DNA of 64,000 nt from Pseudomonadales bacterium (GTDB lineage: Bacteria > Pseudomonadota > Gammaproteobacteria > Pseudomonadales > CAWVSB01), in NCBI GenBank assembly GCA_046710535.1, contig JBKEHH010000007.1, positions 32,639 through 96,638 of the forward strand, written 5' to 3'. Position numbers and translations under genes: made by a program. Each line of letters starts with the position of its first letter. The stretch's first letter is position 1. Shown in pieces: positions 17,278 through 28,786 of this stretch. The notes below the pieces were generated by a model. That model did not search any database. It saw only the letters and a list, made by a program, of their open reading frames with translations, and was not told the origin of the DNA.

Positions 17278-18459
17278 GTGAAACGTTTTATTTTGACATT
17301 GTTGTCAGCAGGTTTTTTAGTCGCTTGCAGCGAAGAGCCGCAAGTGGTTTACCAAACAGTAACTGGTTTTACTCCGGTAAAGACCGAATATTATGAAGTT
17401 GAACGCTTGTTTATTGGTCGCGTTAGCGCAAGCCAGCAGGCAAATATAAGCTTTGAAACTCAAGGAATTGCTGAAGAGCTGTTGGTTGATCAAGGTGAAA
17501 AAGTGAGTAAGGGGCAAGCTTTAGCTAAGCTCGATATAAGCTTGTTGAAAACACAAAGCAGAGAACTGGCTGCGCAATTACGTGACACCAGGTCTCGTAG
17601 AACATTGGCCGAAAACAGCTTGCGTCGGCAAAAAGATTTAAAAGCAAATGGCTTTACTGCTGAGCAGCGAATAGACGAGCTAACGAGTGAAGTTGAGAGT
17701 TTGGTGGCAGTGCAGTCCAGGCTTGGTGCTTCATTGAACGCCAACGATATTCGATTAAAAAAAGCAGTATTAAAAGCACCGTTTACCGGCGTCGTAAGTC
17801 GTCGGTTCGTCGATGCTGGTACGGTTGTCGATCCAAGTCAGCCGATATTTCAAATAATTGATGAAGGTGGTTTAGAGTTAAATGTGGGGATTCCGGCTGG
17901 CTTAGTTGGCTCGCTAGTTACTGGTGATTCATATATTGCTCAAATTGACGGCGTTGAGACCATGGCGATATTTATTTCTGCTGCTGCTCATTTAGATCAA
18001 ATAAGCCAATCTGTACCAGTACGGTTTGCGTTAACTGATATTGAGGCGCGAGATGGGCAGACAGCAGTGGTCGGCATTACTAAAAAGCAGCAGATAGCTG
18101 GTTTTTGGGTGCCTATAGAATCGGTCACAGAAGGAATGCGTGGCTCTTGGGTTGTCTATGGGCTGGAAGGAAAGTCTGCGCTAAAAACACTGACGCAAAG
18201 TGCTGTTGAGATTTTACATGTCGATGATGATAGCTTTTATGTGAAAGCAGATATTACTGGCGATATCGTAGCCTCTGGAATGCACAAAGTCGTGCCGGGG
18301 CAGCTGGTGGAATTAGTTGTTATTGAAGCTGAGCAAGCGCCTACTATAGAGATAATTGATAGCGCCGGCGATCTGGCAGTAGTCGAGGGTGTTGTTTTAG
18401 ACCAGCCAGAACCTATTGCGCCTGGGGCAGATGAAAATTCTGCAGTGGTAGCTGAATAA
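17278..18459 (+). CDS. Efflux RND transporter periplasmic adaptor (MFP) lipoprotein
   Basis: 393 aa. Lipobox LLSAGFLVAC. Coiled-coil hairpin region and beta-barrel motifs. GTG start preceded by AGGAG. Stop overlaps the RND gene start. Confidence 0.9.
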   Translation: MKRFILTLLSAGFLVACSEEPQVVYQTVTGFTPVKTEYYEVERLFIGRVSASQQANISFETQGIAEELLVDQGEKVSKGQALAKLDISLLKTQSRELAAQLRDTRSRRTLAENSLRRQKDLKANGFTAEQRIDELTSEVESLVAVQSRLGASLNANDIRLKKAVLKAPFTGVVSRRFVDAGTVVDPSQPIFQIIDEGGLELNVGIPAGLVGSLVTGDSYIAQIDGVETMAIFISAAAHLDQISQSVPVRFALTDIEARDGQTAVVGITKKQQIAGFWVPIESVTEGMRGSWVVYGLEGKSALKTLTQSAVEILHVDDDSFYVKADITGDIVASGMHKVVPGQLVELVVIEAEQAPTIEIIDSAGDLAVVEGVVLDQPEPIAPGADENSAVVAE

Positions 18460-21400
18460 TGTTTGATAAAATTGTCGCTAATCCTAGACTTATTATTTTA
18501 CTGATAGGCCTACTTATTGTTGCTGGGTTGTCGGCGTTGAAGACACTGCCGCGGCTAGAAGATCCACGTTTATCGAGTCGTTTTGCGATTGTAAAAACGT
18601 TTTGGCCTGGAGCTTCAGCTGAAAGAGTCGAAGCGTTGGTGACGCGTAAGATAGAAGATGCGATACGCGAACAAAAAGACATTAAAAATATATCCTCGAA
18701 TAGTCGGGCTGGCGTGTCAGTAGTGCAAGTTGAGTTAGTTGACCAAGTCAAAAATGGAAAAGAGTCATTTACAGAGGCTCGACAAAAAGTTGAAAACATT
18801 CTTAATACTTTGCCCGCCGGAACTTCACGCCCTGAGTTTGAAGTAGCTTCATTGGGGGCAGAGACAGTTATTGTTGCCATTAATTGGATGGCCGATAGCG
18901 AGCCAAATGTAAATTTATTGGGTCGTTATGCTAAAGAGTTAGAATCGCGGTTACGGTCGGTACCCAGTACTGATGAAGTAAATGTGTATAGCTTGCCGCA
19001 AGAAGAAATATTGATAGAGATCGATTTTGTTAAGGCGATTGCCTTGGGTTTGTCGGTTGCTGAAATATCTCAAATCGTCGCTCAAGCCGATTCGAAAATA
19101 TCTGCAGGTGAGTTAAGCAATGACAAATATCGCTGGCAGCTTGAAGTTGATGGCGAATTCCAATCTCTGGAGCGTATAAAACAAATTCCGTTGCGCGCAG
19201 GCTTCGCTGGAGAAGGGGCGCGCTTGCGCGATATCGCTACTGTTGTGCGCACACCCAAATTGCCAGCAACAGAGCTTGCTATTATCGACGGAAAGCAAGC
19301 TGTTGTCGTCGGCTCCCGAATGGGCGCGGGCGTACGAATAGAGGTTTGGCGAAAAAATGTGCAGCACGTTTTTGACCAGTTTGAAAATGAGCTGCCAGTC
19401 GAAGTTGCTTTATCTATGCGCTTTGATCAGATCGGCTATACCCAAACCCGGCTGGCTGAGCTGGTGGGCAATATCGGCGTTGGTTTCGTCATTATACTAC
19501 TAGTACTATTTGTTACCTTGGGTTGGCGAGCGTCATTGATTGTTGCGGCATCGCTGCCATTAACTATTTGTTTTACCCTTTATTGTTTAAAGCTTTACGG
19601 TATGCAAATACACCAAATGTCGGTTACTGGCTTGGTGGTGTCACTAGGTATTATGGTCGATAACGCGATCGTGATGACTGACTCAGTGGCGCAAAATCGG
19701 CGCTTAGGCCTGTCTACATTAAAAGCTATTAAAAAGTCACTGTTACATTTAAAGGTACCCTTATTAGGGTCTACGCTAACAACCATTTTGGCCTTTTCAC
19801 CGATTGCATTGATGCCTGGCGCTGGTGGCGAGTTTGTTGGGCCGATTGCGTTGGCGGTAATGTTTTCCTTGATTGGTTCTTATCTTATATCGTTTACCTT
19901 AGTGGCGGGTGTTGCTGGCCGTTGGTTACCAGTAACGTCGCCAGATAAAAACTTACTGTTAAACAAACAATGGTTTAAATATGGCATTGAAGTGCCTGAT
20001 ATTGCCGATAAGTTTGCTAGTTCGTTGCGCACGGCATTAATTTGGCCTGGTAGAACAATAGCGGGTGTTGTTGCTATCTCTTTTTGTGGCTACTTCGGCG
20101 CCACCTTTATGACCACTAGTTTTTTTCCTCCCGCCGATAGAGATATGTTTCAAATTCAGATCTACATGCCGCCCGATGTTGGTATTAACACCACCAGAGA
20201 GATTACCGAACAGATTGCTGAAGATGTTAAAAAGATAGACGGCATAGAAAAGATTGATTGGTATATCGGCAATGGTGCACCATCGTTTTACTACAATTTA
20301 TTTTCTGGCAGCGAAGGAATGACCTTTTATGCGCAAGCGATGGTTAAGGCTAAAGGGTATAAAGAATCTGACCGCGCGATACATCTTATTCAGCGTGAGT
20401 TAAACCACAAATATCCTATCGCTCAAGTAATGGCAATGAAGCTACAGCAAGGCCCACCGGTTGATGCGCCGGTAGAGTTTCGAATTTACGGGCCTAATTT
20501 GGACACCTTAAAAGAGCTGAGTAATCAGGTGCGCCTAGCGGCGTCACAAGTTGAAGGCGTATTGGCTTCGCGCGCGACCATAGAGCCAGCCAGGAAAAAA
20601 CTCTGGATCAATTTGTCAGAAGACAAAATGGCTAAAGTCGGGATGAGCTTAGCTGATGCTTCACGGCAATTTCACGCTGCACTAGTGGGCGTAATTGGTG
20701 GCAGCGTTATTGAGGGTGGTGAAGATGTGCCAGTGCGCACCAGAATTGCTGATGAGCATCGGGGTAACTATAACCACATACTCAGTGGTTACCTCATGGT
20801 GGGTGATGCTGATAATCGCAGTATGGTGCCATTGTCTGCTTTGGGTGGCGCTAGTGTTAAGCCTGACTCTTCAGGCATAACGCGACGTAATGGTCAGCGC
20901 ATATCTGAGGTGCATATATTTCCGGTGGCCGATGTATTGCCTCAGTCTGTGTTGGCGGCCGTAATAAAACAGTTAGATAAGAATGGCTTTACAGTGCCCG
21001 CCGGCTATGCACTGGGGCTTGGTGGCGAAGCTGACGGCAGAAGCGATACCATGAGTGAGATGATGGTTTACGTTAATATTATTATCGCTTTACTCATTAT
21101 GGTGGTGGCCTTATCGTTTAACTCATTTAGATTAACGGCGGTGGTATTTAGCGTTGCTATTTTGTCAGTTGGCTTAGGCATGCTGAGCGTGTTTTTGGCC
21201 GGTTATTCTTTTGGTTTTATAATTATAGTAGCGCTAATGGGTTTAATGGGCTTGGCGATAAATGCTGCAATTGTCATTTTGGCGGAGTTTAAAAACAATC
21301 CGGCTGCTTGTCGTGGTAACACTGATGCAATTATTGAATGTGTGATGAGTTGCTGTCGCCACATTGTATCGACGACTTTAACGACTGTAGGCGGCTTAAT

Positions 21401-21581
21401 ACCGTTGATGTTTAGCGTAGGTTTGTTTTGGCCGCCATTTGCTATGACTATTATTGGTGGTACGGTATTAACAACATTGGTGTCGCTATACTTTGTGCCG
21501 GCTATATTTATACTTATGGCTAAAAAACGTCGTTTCGATCCAGTGATTGAACCCCTCGAGTCTCCTATTATCAGCACATAA
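18459..21581 (+). CDS. Efflux RND transporter permease (AcrB/AcrD/AcrF family)
   Basis: 1040 aa with 12-TM architecture and two large periplasmic loops, typical of the ACR_tran family. No outer-membrane factor gene is adjacent. Confidence 0.9.
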   Translation: MFDKIVANPRLIILLIGLLIVAGLSALKTLPRLEDPRLSSRFAIVKTFWPGASAERVEALVTRKIEDAIREQKDIKNISSNSRAGVSVVQVELVDQVKNGKESFTEARQKVENILNTLPAGTSRPEFEVASLGAETVIVAINWMADSEPNVNLLGRYAKELESRLRSVPSTDEVNVYSLPQEEILIEIDFVKAIALGLSVAEISQIVAQADSKISAGELSNDKYRWQLEVDGEFQSLERIKQIPLRAGFAGEGARLRDIATVVRTPKLPATELAIIDGKQAVVVGSRMGAGVRIEVWRKNVQHVFDQFENELPVEVALSMRFDQIGYTQTRLAELVGNIGVGFVIILLVLFVTLGWRASLIVAASLPLTICFTLYCLKLYGMQIHQMSVTGLVVSLGIMVDNAIVMTDSVAQNRRLGLSTLKAIKKSLLHLKVPLLGSTLTTILAFSPIALMPGAGGEFVGPIALAVMFSLIGSYLISFTLVAGVAGRWLPVTSPDKNLLLNKQWFKYGIEVPDIADKFASSLRTALIWPGRTIAGVVAISFCGYFGATFMTTSFFPPADRDMFQIQIYMPPDVGINTTREITEQIAEDVKKIDGIEKIDWYIGNGAPSFYYNLFSGSEGMTFYAQAMVKAKGYKESDRAIHLIQRELNHKYPIAQVMAMKLQQGPPVDAPVEFRIYGPNLDTLKELSNQVRLAASQVEGVLASRATIEPARKKLWINLSEDKMAKVGMSLADASRQFHAALVGVIGGSVIEGGEDVPVRTRIADEHRGNYNHILSGYLMVGDADNRSMVPLSALGGASVKPDSSGITRRNGQRISEVHIFPVADVLPQSVLAAVIKQLDKNGFTVPAGYALGLGGEADGRSDTMSEMMVYVNIIIALLIMVVALSFNSFRLTAVVFSVAILSVGLGMLSVFLAGYSFGFIIIVALMGLMGLAINAAIVILAEFKNNPAACRGNTDAIIECVMSCCRHIVSTTLTTVGGLIPLMFSVGLFWPPFAMTIIGGTVLTTLVSLYFVPAIFILMAKKRRFDPVIEPLESPIIST

Positions 21582-21625
21582 TGTGATATATTGCTCTAAC
21601 GAGAAATTAACACCGACCACTATTT

Positions 21626-22681
21626 ATGACAGTAGCAGATAAAACCGCTGGCAATGCCCGTCAGATCGTGCAAGAGCATCTTAATAAGCCTTGGCAGGCG
21701 TCTAGTTTAAGTGGCGAGCAAAAAGAGCAGACGATTGCTCGTATAAAGGTTTTGCTAGCAGAAAAAAACGCCGCCATTATCGCGCATTACTATACTTCCC
21801 CTGAGATACAAGATTTAGCTGAAGCCACTGGTGGCTGTGTGTCTGACTCATTAGAGATGGCTAAGTTTGGCAAAAACCATAGCGCCCAAACCTTAGTGGT
21901 TGCGGGGGTGAGATTCATGGGGGAAACCGCCAAAATATTAAGCCCTGAAAAACGGATATTAATGCCCACTTTAGAGGCTACTTGCTCGTTAGATTTGGGT
22001 TGTCCTGCTGATGAGTTTTCAGCGTTTTGTGATGCTCATCCTGATAGAACAGTTGTTGTGTACGCCAATACCTCTGCCGCTGTTAAAGCTAGGGCCGACT
22101 GGGTTGTTACCTCAAGCATTGCCTTAGATGTGGTTGATTACTTGTCAGCCGATGGGCAAAAAATCCTATGGGCGCCAGACAAGCATTTAGGCGCTTATAT
22201 TGAGGCGCAAACTGGCGCTGATATGTTGTGCTGGGACGGTTCATGCATTGTGCATGAAGAGTTTAAGGCCAAGGGTATTTTAGATTTAAAACAGGTTTAC
22301 CCAGATGCTGCCGTGCTGGTACACCCTGAATCACCCGCGCCAGTAGTACAGCTAGCTGATATGGCCGGTTCTACTACGCAAATTATTAATGCGGCCAGAG
22401 ACTTACCAAACAAGCAATTTATCGTTGCCACTGACCAGGGTATTTTCCATAAACTGCAACAGCAAATGCCTGACAAAGAGTTTTTGATTGCGCCTACGGC
22501 TGGCAACGGTGCAACGTGTAAAAGCTGTGCAAATTGCCCGTGGATGGCAATGAATGAACTGGAAAATTTAGCGCAGGCATTGGAGGCAGGCGCTAACGAA
22601 ATCAAAGTTGATGAAGGGCTGCGCCAGCGCGCATTATTACCACTAGATCGTATGGTTAATTTTGTTGCTGATAACAAATAA
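21626..22681 (+). CDS. nadA: Quinolinate synthase
   Basis: 351 aa. Strongly NadA-like (IIAHYY..PEIQ..A...GG.V.DSLEMA.FG, VHPESP, conserved Cys residues including [10 protein letters not shown]). Confidence 0.92.
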   Translation: MTVADKTAGNARQIVQEHLNKPWQASSLSGEQKEQTIARIKVLLAEKNAAIIAHYYTSPEIQDLAEATGGCVSDSLEMAKFGKNHSAQTLVVAGVRFMGETAKILSPEKRILMPTLEATCSLDLGCPADEFSAFCDAHPDRTVVVYANTSAAVKARADWVVTSSIALDVVDYLSADGQKILWAPDKHLGAYIEAQTGADMLCWDGSCIVHEEFKAKGILDLKQVYPDAAVLVHPESPAPVVQLADMAGSTTQIINAARDLPNKQFIVATDQGIFHKLQQQMPDKEFLIAPTAGNGATCKSCANCPWMAMNELENLAQALEAGANEIKVDEGLRQRALLPLDRMVNFVADNK

Positions 22682-22684
22682 AGA

Positions 22685-24148
22685 TTAGCCGCTAACTTTT
22701 TCTATCCATAGCTGAATTTCTCGAATGCGCTGCTGCATGCGCTGGCTAGCTATCTTGTCATTTTTAGCTAAATTCAAACCATAGCTTAGTTGCTCTATCG
22801 CCAAGTTGGCGGCGCCATTGAGCATATAGTATTCAGCTCGCGCTTCATGCAAGCCAATAATATTACCTTTTAAGCCACGTATTTCGGCTAGCTGATACCA
22901 GAGCTGAGGATCAGTTTTACGTAAATTAATATGTTTAGTTAACAGGCTTTCAGCTTGGTCCAATTCTCCCTGGCGTCTTAAGGTATTAATATAGGTAACG
23001 GTAAGCGGATGGTTGTTAGGATTATATCGCAGCTGGGTGCTCAATAATTGCTTAGCTTTAGCTACATCGCCGGAGTCAGCCCATAGTTCTGCTTGGCCTA
23101 CTATATAAGCAATACTTGAACGGTCTTTACCTCTTAAATAGTCAAAACCTTCGCCAGCTTCGTCAAACTGCCCGTCGCGGATTAATGCCAGGGAAAGGCC
23201 ATATAAAGAAATGTCTTTATCTAACTTTGGGTTTTTTAATCGACTGCGAAACTCAGTAATTGCGGCGGTGTTATTTGACGTGAAGTGTAGTTCTACTCGT
23301 GTTTTCATCAAGTGATAATCAAAATTATCCTTAAGTTTAATCGGTGGTAAGTTTGCTGCCCGCCCGCGCGCGTCAGCGATTCGGCTGGAGGTTACTGGGT
23401 GAGTCAGTAGGAATTCTGGTACATTGCCACGAGAATAACGTGAGCCAAATTGCATCCGCTCAAACATATCCCCAACTGCATCTGGGCTCATCCCCGTTTT
23501 AACCAGCGTTTGCATACCCACGCGGTCAGCTTCTTGCTCGTTTGAGCGGCTATAATCTAATTGGTTTTGCAAAGCTGCTGCTTGAGTGGCGGTGATCGCG
23601 GCTATGCCTGCACCGCCGCCAGCGGTTGCTGCTAGTACCAAGCCAGCAAGAAGCCCCGCCATAGTCGGCAAATATGCAGCTTGTTGCTGCTCAACTCGAC
23701 GAGCAAAATGTCGTTGGCTTAAATGCGCCAATTCGTGAGCAAGCACAGATGCAAGTTGGTCTTCGTTCTCAGCAAATTTAAATAAGCCATTGTGAACACC
23801 AATGACGCCGCCAGGTACCGCGAATGCATTCATAGTTGGATTGTCCACCACCACTAAATCTAAGCGCCGATCGACTAGCTCGCTATTGGCAGTTAGCTTG
23901 TATAGTAGATGCTCTAAATAATCAGTTAATATTGGGTCGTCAACTAGTGGCGCTTGGCGTCGAAACTGCATTAGCCAAGTGCGGCCTAAGTCGTACTCGT
24001 GCTGGTTAGATATTAAACTGGCGCCTGCGTTGCCTAAGTCGGGTAGTTTTTGCTCTTCAATTTGGCTAATACTGGCCGGAGCAATTGCTGCTGCACTGAT
24101 AAACAGACCTGCCGTTGCTGTTGTTCTTATTCCTTGTCTTAAATTCAT
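22685..24148 (-). CDS. bepA: M48 family periplasmic metalloprotease with TPR domain (BepA/YfgC-like)
   Basis: 487 aa with a signal peptide. HELAHLSQRH zinc motif. C-terminal TPR-like repeats. Confidence 0.85.
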   Translation of the reverse strand: MNLRQGIRTTATAGLFISAAAIAPASISQIEEQKLPDLGNAGASLISNQHEYDLGRTWLMQFRRQAPLVDDPILTDYLEHLLYKLTANSELVDRRLDLVVVDNPTMNAFAVPGGVIGVHNGLFKFAENEDQLASVLAHELAHLSQRHFARRVEQQQAAYLPTMAGLLAGLVLAATAGGGAGIAAITATQAAALQNQLDYSRSNEQEADRVGMQTLVKTGMSPDAVGDMFERMQFGSRYSRGNVPEFLLTHPVTSSRIADARGRAANLPPIKLKDNFDYHLMKTRVELHFTSNNTAAITEFRSRLKNPKLDKDISLYGLSLALIRDGQFDEAGEGFDYLRGKDRSSIAYIVGQAELWADSGDVAKAKQLLSTQLRYNPNNHPLTVTYINTLRRQGELDQAESLLTKHINLRKTDPQLWYQLAEIRGLKGNIIGLHEARAEYYMLNGAANLAIEQLSYGLNLAKNDKIASQRMQQRIREIQLWIEKVSG

Positions 24149-24290
24149 CTATGGTAGTGTCTTTTGTCAATGGCGTGAAGAAGTTAGCCAAATATCCGTA
24201 ACTATTTGGACATCAGTTAAACATAAAGTTCTTCTGCGTTCTAAATGTTTTAGTGTGCTAGCATACCTTGATATTTGAAGGTGCTCAAAA

Positions 24291-24518
24291 TTGGAACAAG
24301 AACAGCTAGTTGACGCTACCGGACTGCAGTGTCCACTGCCTCTGTTAAAGGCAAAGCAGGGGCTTAATACTCTAGCTAGCGGTCAGTTATTACGGGTATT
24401 GGCGACCGATTCAAGCTCCGTCAAAGATTTTCGCACTTATACTGATATTAGTGGTCATAGCTTGCTTGAGTGTTTGCAAGAAAATGACGTTTATAGTTAT
24501 TTGATCAGAAAGAAATAA
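24291..24518 (+). CDS. TusA-like sulfurtransferase family protein
   Basis: 75 aa. The CPLPLLKAK (CPxP) motif is diagnostic for the TusA/SirA family. TTG start. Confidence 0.75.
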   Translation: MEQEQLVDATGLQCPLPLLKAKQGLNTLASGQLLRVLATDSSSVKDFRTYTDISGHSLLECLQENDVYSYLIRKK

Positions 24519-24534
24519 GTTCTAGGACAGGAAT

Positions 24535-25587
24535 ATGTTAGCTACATTTAGCAAATGGTTTAGTCAATTGTTTGGTGACGAGGAGTCACTAATTCTAATG
24601 CTATTGCTAATCGGCGGAGTAACGTTAGTTGTGATAATGGGTGACATTCTGGCACCATTGATCGCAGCCGTTATTTTTTCTTTTTTATTGCAGGGAGTAG
24701 ATGGTTTTCTACGACGCTGGGGTATATCTGAGCGAATTAGCTTGTGGCTGTGTTATGTCATGTTTATCAGCATCTTTGTAATAAGCCTTATCTTTATTAT
24801 GCCTTTGGTATGGAATCAGCTGGTAAATTTGTTCGCTGAATTACCACGCATGTTAATTGCAGTGAAAAAAGCCATTGTAGCCTTGGAAGGAGATTTATTC
24901 AGCAAGGAACAATTGAACGGAGTAGTGATTAATGCCAGTGAACAGGTCGCTGGTTTAGGTCAGTGGATGGTGTCGTTTTCACTGGAAAATATCTCAAACA
25001 TTGTCGGTCTTCTTATTTATATTGTGTTGGTGCCTATTTTAGTTTTTTTTATGCTGATGGATCGCGATGTAATTCTTACTTGGTTATCATCTTTTTTGCC
25101 AAAGAAACGGCCTATGATGCAAAAAATTTGGACAGAGATGAATAATCAGGTTGCTAACTATGCTCGTGGTAAAGCTATCGAGATAATTGTTGTTGGCGTG
25201 GTTAGTTATATTGCGTTTCTTATCCTGGGTTTGAACTATGCTGCATTACTTGCTTTGCTAGTAGGGTTGTCAGTTGTCATTCCTTACATAGGCGCTGCAG
25301 TTGTTACTATTCCGGTGCTACTGGTTGGCTTTGTACAATGGGGATGGAGTAGTGAATTTGCGTATTTGTTTTTTACTTATATGATCATTCAAGCGTTAGA
25401 CGGAAATGTGCTAGTGCCCTTACTATTTTCAGAAGCGGTGAATTTACATCCAGTCGCGATCATTATCACAGTATTATTTTTTGGTGGCATTTGGGGTTTG
25501 TGGGGAGTGTTTTTTGCTATTCCATTAGCCACGTTAATTAAAGCATTAATCAATGCTTGGCCAGCGGCTTTGCCCGCTTGCGAGTAG
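24535..25587 (+). CDS. AI-2E family transporter (PerM-like permease)
   Basis: 350 aa. Polytopic membrane protein with family-typical C-terminal motifs (PYIGA...P, LDGNVL.P.L, HP). Confidence 0.85.
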   Translation: MLATFSKWFSQLFGDEESLILMLLLIGGVTLVVIMGDILAPLIAAVIFSFLLQGVDGFLRRWGISERISLWLCYVMFISIFVISLIFIMPLVWNQLVNLFAELPRMLIAVKKAIVALEGDLFSKEQLNGVVINASEQVAGLGQWMVSFSLENISNIVGLLIYIVLVPILVFFMLMDRDVILTWLSSFLPKKRPMMQKIWTEMNNQVANYARGKAIEIIVVGVVSYIAFLILGLNYAALLALLVGLSVVIPYIGAAVVTIPVLLVGFVQWGWSSEFAYLFFTYMIIQALDGNVLVPLLFSEAVNLHPVAIIITVLFFGGIWGLWGVFFAIPLATLIKALINAWPAALPACE

Positions 25588-25596
25588 GAGAGAAAA

Positions 25597-28476
25597 TTGT
25601 CGGTAAATAAATCTTTAGCGCTAGCTGCGCTGCTCAGCAGCTTATTGCTTGTCGCCTGCGAGAAGCCTAAAAAAACTGTCGCTGAAGTAGATCAAGAAAA
25701 AGCTATTAGTGTAATTAAAAGCCCTAGTGACTCACGCACCTATGAGTATCGTAAGCTAGATAACGGCTTAGAAGTTTTGCTAATCTCAGACCCCAGTATC
25801 GAAATGGCTGCGGTAAGTTTGAATGTAAAAACAGGCAGTAAAGACGATCCACAAGCACGTCCTGGGTTAGCACATTTTGTGGAACATATGTTGTTTTTGG
25901 GAACTAAAAAATATCCAGCGGCTGACGATTACCAACAGTTTTTGTCCGATAATACTGGCAGCCATAACGCTTACACCGCGTTTGAAAATACTAATTACTT
26001 TTTTGATATCAAAGCCAATCAATTGGAGCCAGCGCTTGATCGATTCTCTCGCTTCTTTATTGATCCATTGTTACAAGAAGAATATGTGAAGCGAGAAAAA
26101 AGTGCCGTTCACTCTGAATATAAAGCCTATATAAAATCTGATGCCCGTCGCTATCTGGACGCACTGAAAGAGGTGACTAACCCTAGGCATCCGTTCTCTA
26201 AATTCACTGTTGGTAACCTAGATACTTTAGCTGAGCATGGCGAAGAGTCTTTGCGTTCTGCCGCAGTTGATTTTTATCAGCAATATTACTCGGCTAACGC
26301 AATGTCATTGGTTGTTTTAGGTAAGGAGCCGGTTGATGAATTAGCCCAATGGGTTAAGAAAAAATTTGCTCCGGTTCGAAATCGTCATTTGCCAAACTAT
26401 GAAATAACTACGCCATTGTTCGTCGATGGGATATTGCCGTTACGACTAGATGTTGCGCCAGTTAAAGAAGTGCGAAGCTTAGCTATCAGTTTTCCAGTGG
26501 AAAACCCGCGCGACCATCTGAATTCGCAGCCACTGCATCTGATCGGTGATATTTTAGGCCATGAGGGTGAAGGCAGTCTGTATCAGTATCTGCAAACTAA
26601 GGGCTGGGCAGAGAGTCTGTCTGCCGGCATTGGGGTTGAATATAATGGTGGTGGATTATTTGGCATAAAAGTTGAGCTAACTGAAATCGGTTTACAGCAT
26701 GTTGATGATGTAGCCGATGCTATTTTTTATGCCGTATCATTAGTCCGCGAGCAAGGTATAGCGGAACCTAGGTTTGAACAGCAACAATTAATTAATCGTC
26801 TAAACTTTGAATATTTAGAGCAAGTTTCAGCGGTGCATTATGTAATGGATTTGTCTTCTCGCATGGGCTTGTATCAGCCAAAGAATATTTTACAGGGACC
26901 ATATTCATTAAAGCTTTATGATCAGCAGGCGATAAATTCGTATCTGAATTCTATGCGTCCTGAGAACGCTTTAGTGTCGGTGACTGCGCCAAATTTTGTT
27001 GGAGTAACTAAGTCTAAGTATTACAGCACCCCATACACAGCCAAAAAAATAGCGGCTGAACAGATCGAAAAGTGGAATAACGTGACGGCTATTGATGATA
27101 TTAATATGCCTGCGTCAAATAGTTTTATTCCACAAGATTTCTCAATAGTCGACAAAATCCCACAGGCTGAGCCAAGGCAGCTAGAACCGGTTGGTGCAGT
27201 TGAATTATGGTATGGGCAGTCATCTTTTGAAGGGCCACGTGGTGCAATTTATTTGCAATTAAACAACGCACTGGTTAATGCTAGCCCTAAGAATTCAGCA
27301 ATGTCGCAGCTACTGGTCGCGTTGTTAAATGATAGTTTAAATAGTAAAGCCTACCCTGCAAGATTGGTCGGTTTCTCTCAGTCGGTGTCGTCTAGTCGTA
27401 GAGGTATACAGATAACAACTGGTGGCTACAATGATAAGCAAGAACAATTATTGGAACTGGTTTTAACTGAACTAGCTCGGGCTGAATTTAGCGAAGATAG
27501 ATTCATGGCATTGAAACAACAATTGATAAAAGACTGGCGCAACTCAATTATCAATGCTCCGTCGAGAGTATTAATGAAAAAGTTGAGTGAGAGTATTTAT
27601 CTTCATGGCTGGTCTGACGATAAACTAATCGCTGCTGTGCAAACTGTCGGTTTGGCAGACATTCTTGATTTTTCCAACAGTCTAATTACCTCATCAACGC
27701 CAACGATGTTGGTCTATGGTAATTTTTCTGCCGCAACGGCCACAGCAATGGCGGGAAAAGTTGATCAGGTGCTAGTCGCTAATTCTAGTGAAGAAACGTT
27801 GGTCGAGCTGGTTAGACTGCCAAAAGGCAAGCATCTGTTATCAGTCCAAGTGCCACACAATGACGCCGCTACTGTGCTTTATATGCAGGCGCCAAAAGAG
27901 GGTTATGCTGCAAGAGCTAAAATGGGTATTACCTCGCAGGTGCTTAAGCCGGCTTATTTTAACTCGCTGAGAACTGAGCAGCAGTTTGGTTATATTGTTT
28001 ACGCTAATGTCAGTGTTATGCAGCGCCTAGGTGGTATGGTCTTTATTGTACAGTCGCCTACTAACAGTCCTGCAGAGATAGATGCTGCCACTCGAGAGTT
28101 TTTTAAGCAGTCTTTGGAAGTTGTGCAAAATATGACGGTTGAAGAATATAGTCAGCATCAGCAGTCATTAATTGCTGCATTGTCGCAGCCGCCACAAAAC
28201 TTGGCGGAAGAAGCGGGAGATTATTGGTATCAACTAATTCACGGATATAGTGATTTCGAATTGGATAGAGAGTTGATAAATGCCATTAATTCATTGGACT
28301 TAACGCAGTGGCAGCAGTTTTACCAAAGCTATTTTTTCGCTGGCAATGAAAGGAGCTTATTATTGGTGTCCAGCGGTAAAACTAAAAAAGACGCGGACAA
28401 ACTGATCCAGCAGTATCAGTTAGTTGACGACATAGATAAGTTTAAGCAAACCGCTGAAAACCTTGGATTTAGATAG
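25597..28476 (+). CDS. M16 family (pitrilysin/insulinase-like) zinc protease, lipoprotein
   Basis: 959 aa. Lipobox LLLVAC. Inverted zincin motif HFVEHMLFLGT (HxxEH). TTG start with an upstream AGGAG. Confidence 0.85.
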   Translation: MSVNKSLALAALLSSLLLVACEKPKKTVAEVDQEKAISVIKSPSDSRTYEYRKLDNGLEVLLISDPSIEMAAVSLNVKTGSKDDPQARPGLAHFVEHMLFLGTKKYPAADDYQQFLSDNTGSHNAYTAFENTNYFFDIKANQLEPALDRFSRFFIDPLLQEEYVKREKSAVHSEYKAYIKSDARRYLDALKEVTNPRHPFSKFTVGNLDTLAEHGEESLRSAAVDFYQQYYSANAMSLVVLGKEPVDELAQWVKKKFAPVRNRHLPNYEITTPLFVDGILPLRLDVAPVKEVRSLAISFPVENPRDHLNSQPLHLIGDILGHEGEGSLYQYLQTKGWAESLSAGIGVEYNGGGLFGIKVELTEIGLQHVDDVADAIFYAVSLVREQGIAEPRFEQQQLINRLNFEYLEQVSAVHYVMDLSSRMGLYQPKNILQGPYSLKLYDQQAINSYLNSMRPENALVSVTAPNFVGVTKSKYYSTPYTAKKIAAEQIEKWNNVTAIDDINMPASNSFIPQDFSIVDKIPQAEPRQLEPVGAVELWYGQSSFEGPRGAIYLQLNNALVNASPKNSAMSQLLVALLNDSLNSKAYPARLVGFSQSVSSSRRGIQITTGGYNDKQEQLLELVLTELARAEFSEDRFMALKQQLIKDWRNSIINAPSRVLMKKLSESIYLHGWSDDKLIAAVQTVGLADILDFSNSLITSSTPTMLVYGNFSAATATAMAGKVDQVLVANSSEETLVELVRLPKGKHLLSVQVPHNDAATVLYMQAPKEGYAARAKMGITSQVLKPAYFNSLRTEQQFGYIVYANVSVMQRLGGMVFIVQSPTNSPAEIDAATREFFKQSLEVVQNMTVEEYSQHQQSLIAALSQPPQNLAEEAGDYWYQLIHGYSDFELDRELINAINSLDLTQWQQFYQSYFFAGNERSLLLVSSGKTKKDADKLIQQYQLVDDIDKFKQTAENLGFR

Positions 28477-28786
28477 TTGTAGCCGACTTCCAGCAATTTT
28501 TATCACGGTAAAAGTGTTGTGATCAGCTATGCTTTTGTTTGATATTGTTTGGGCCGTCTGCTAACTTTGATTGATAAGTTATTGAAACCTATAATATTAG
28601 TGCTATAAAAGTAGTTGCTTGTTCCCAGCAGCGGATTTCACCAACAGGTGGATGAAGAATTTTAAAGCTCACCAGACTAAGTGAGTTTGTAGAAGTTTAT
28701 ATAGGACGGCGGTAAACCTGCAATCCTTAATTTAAGCGGCAGTATCTGGTGATCCCTGATAGCGTCGCAGATGGAACGAGGTAATA

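Noticed and set aside
28477-28786. PdhR operator (AATTGGT-N3-ACCAATT-like) in the aceE leader
   Set aside because: No such palindrome is present in the 310-bp leader, and no pdhR gene is adjacent.
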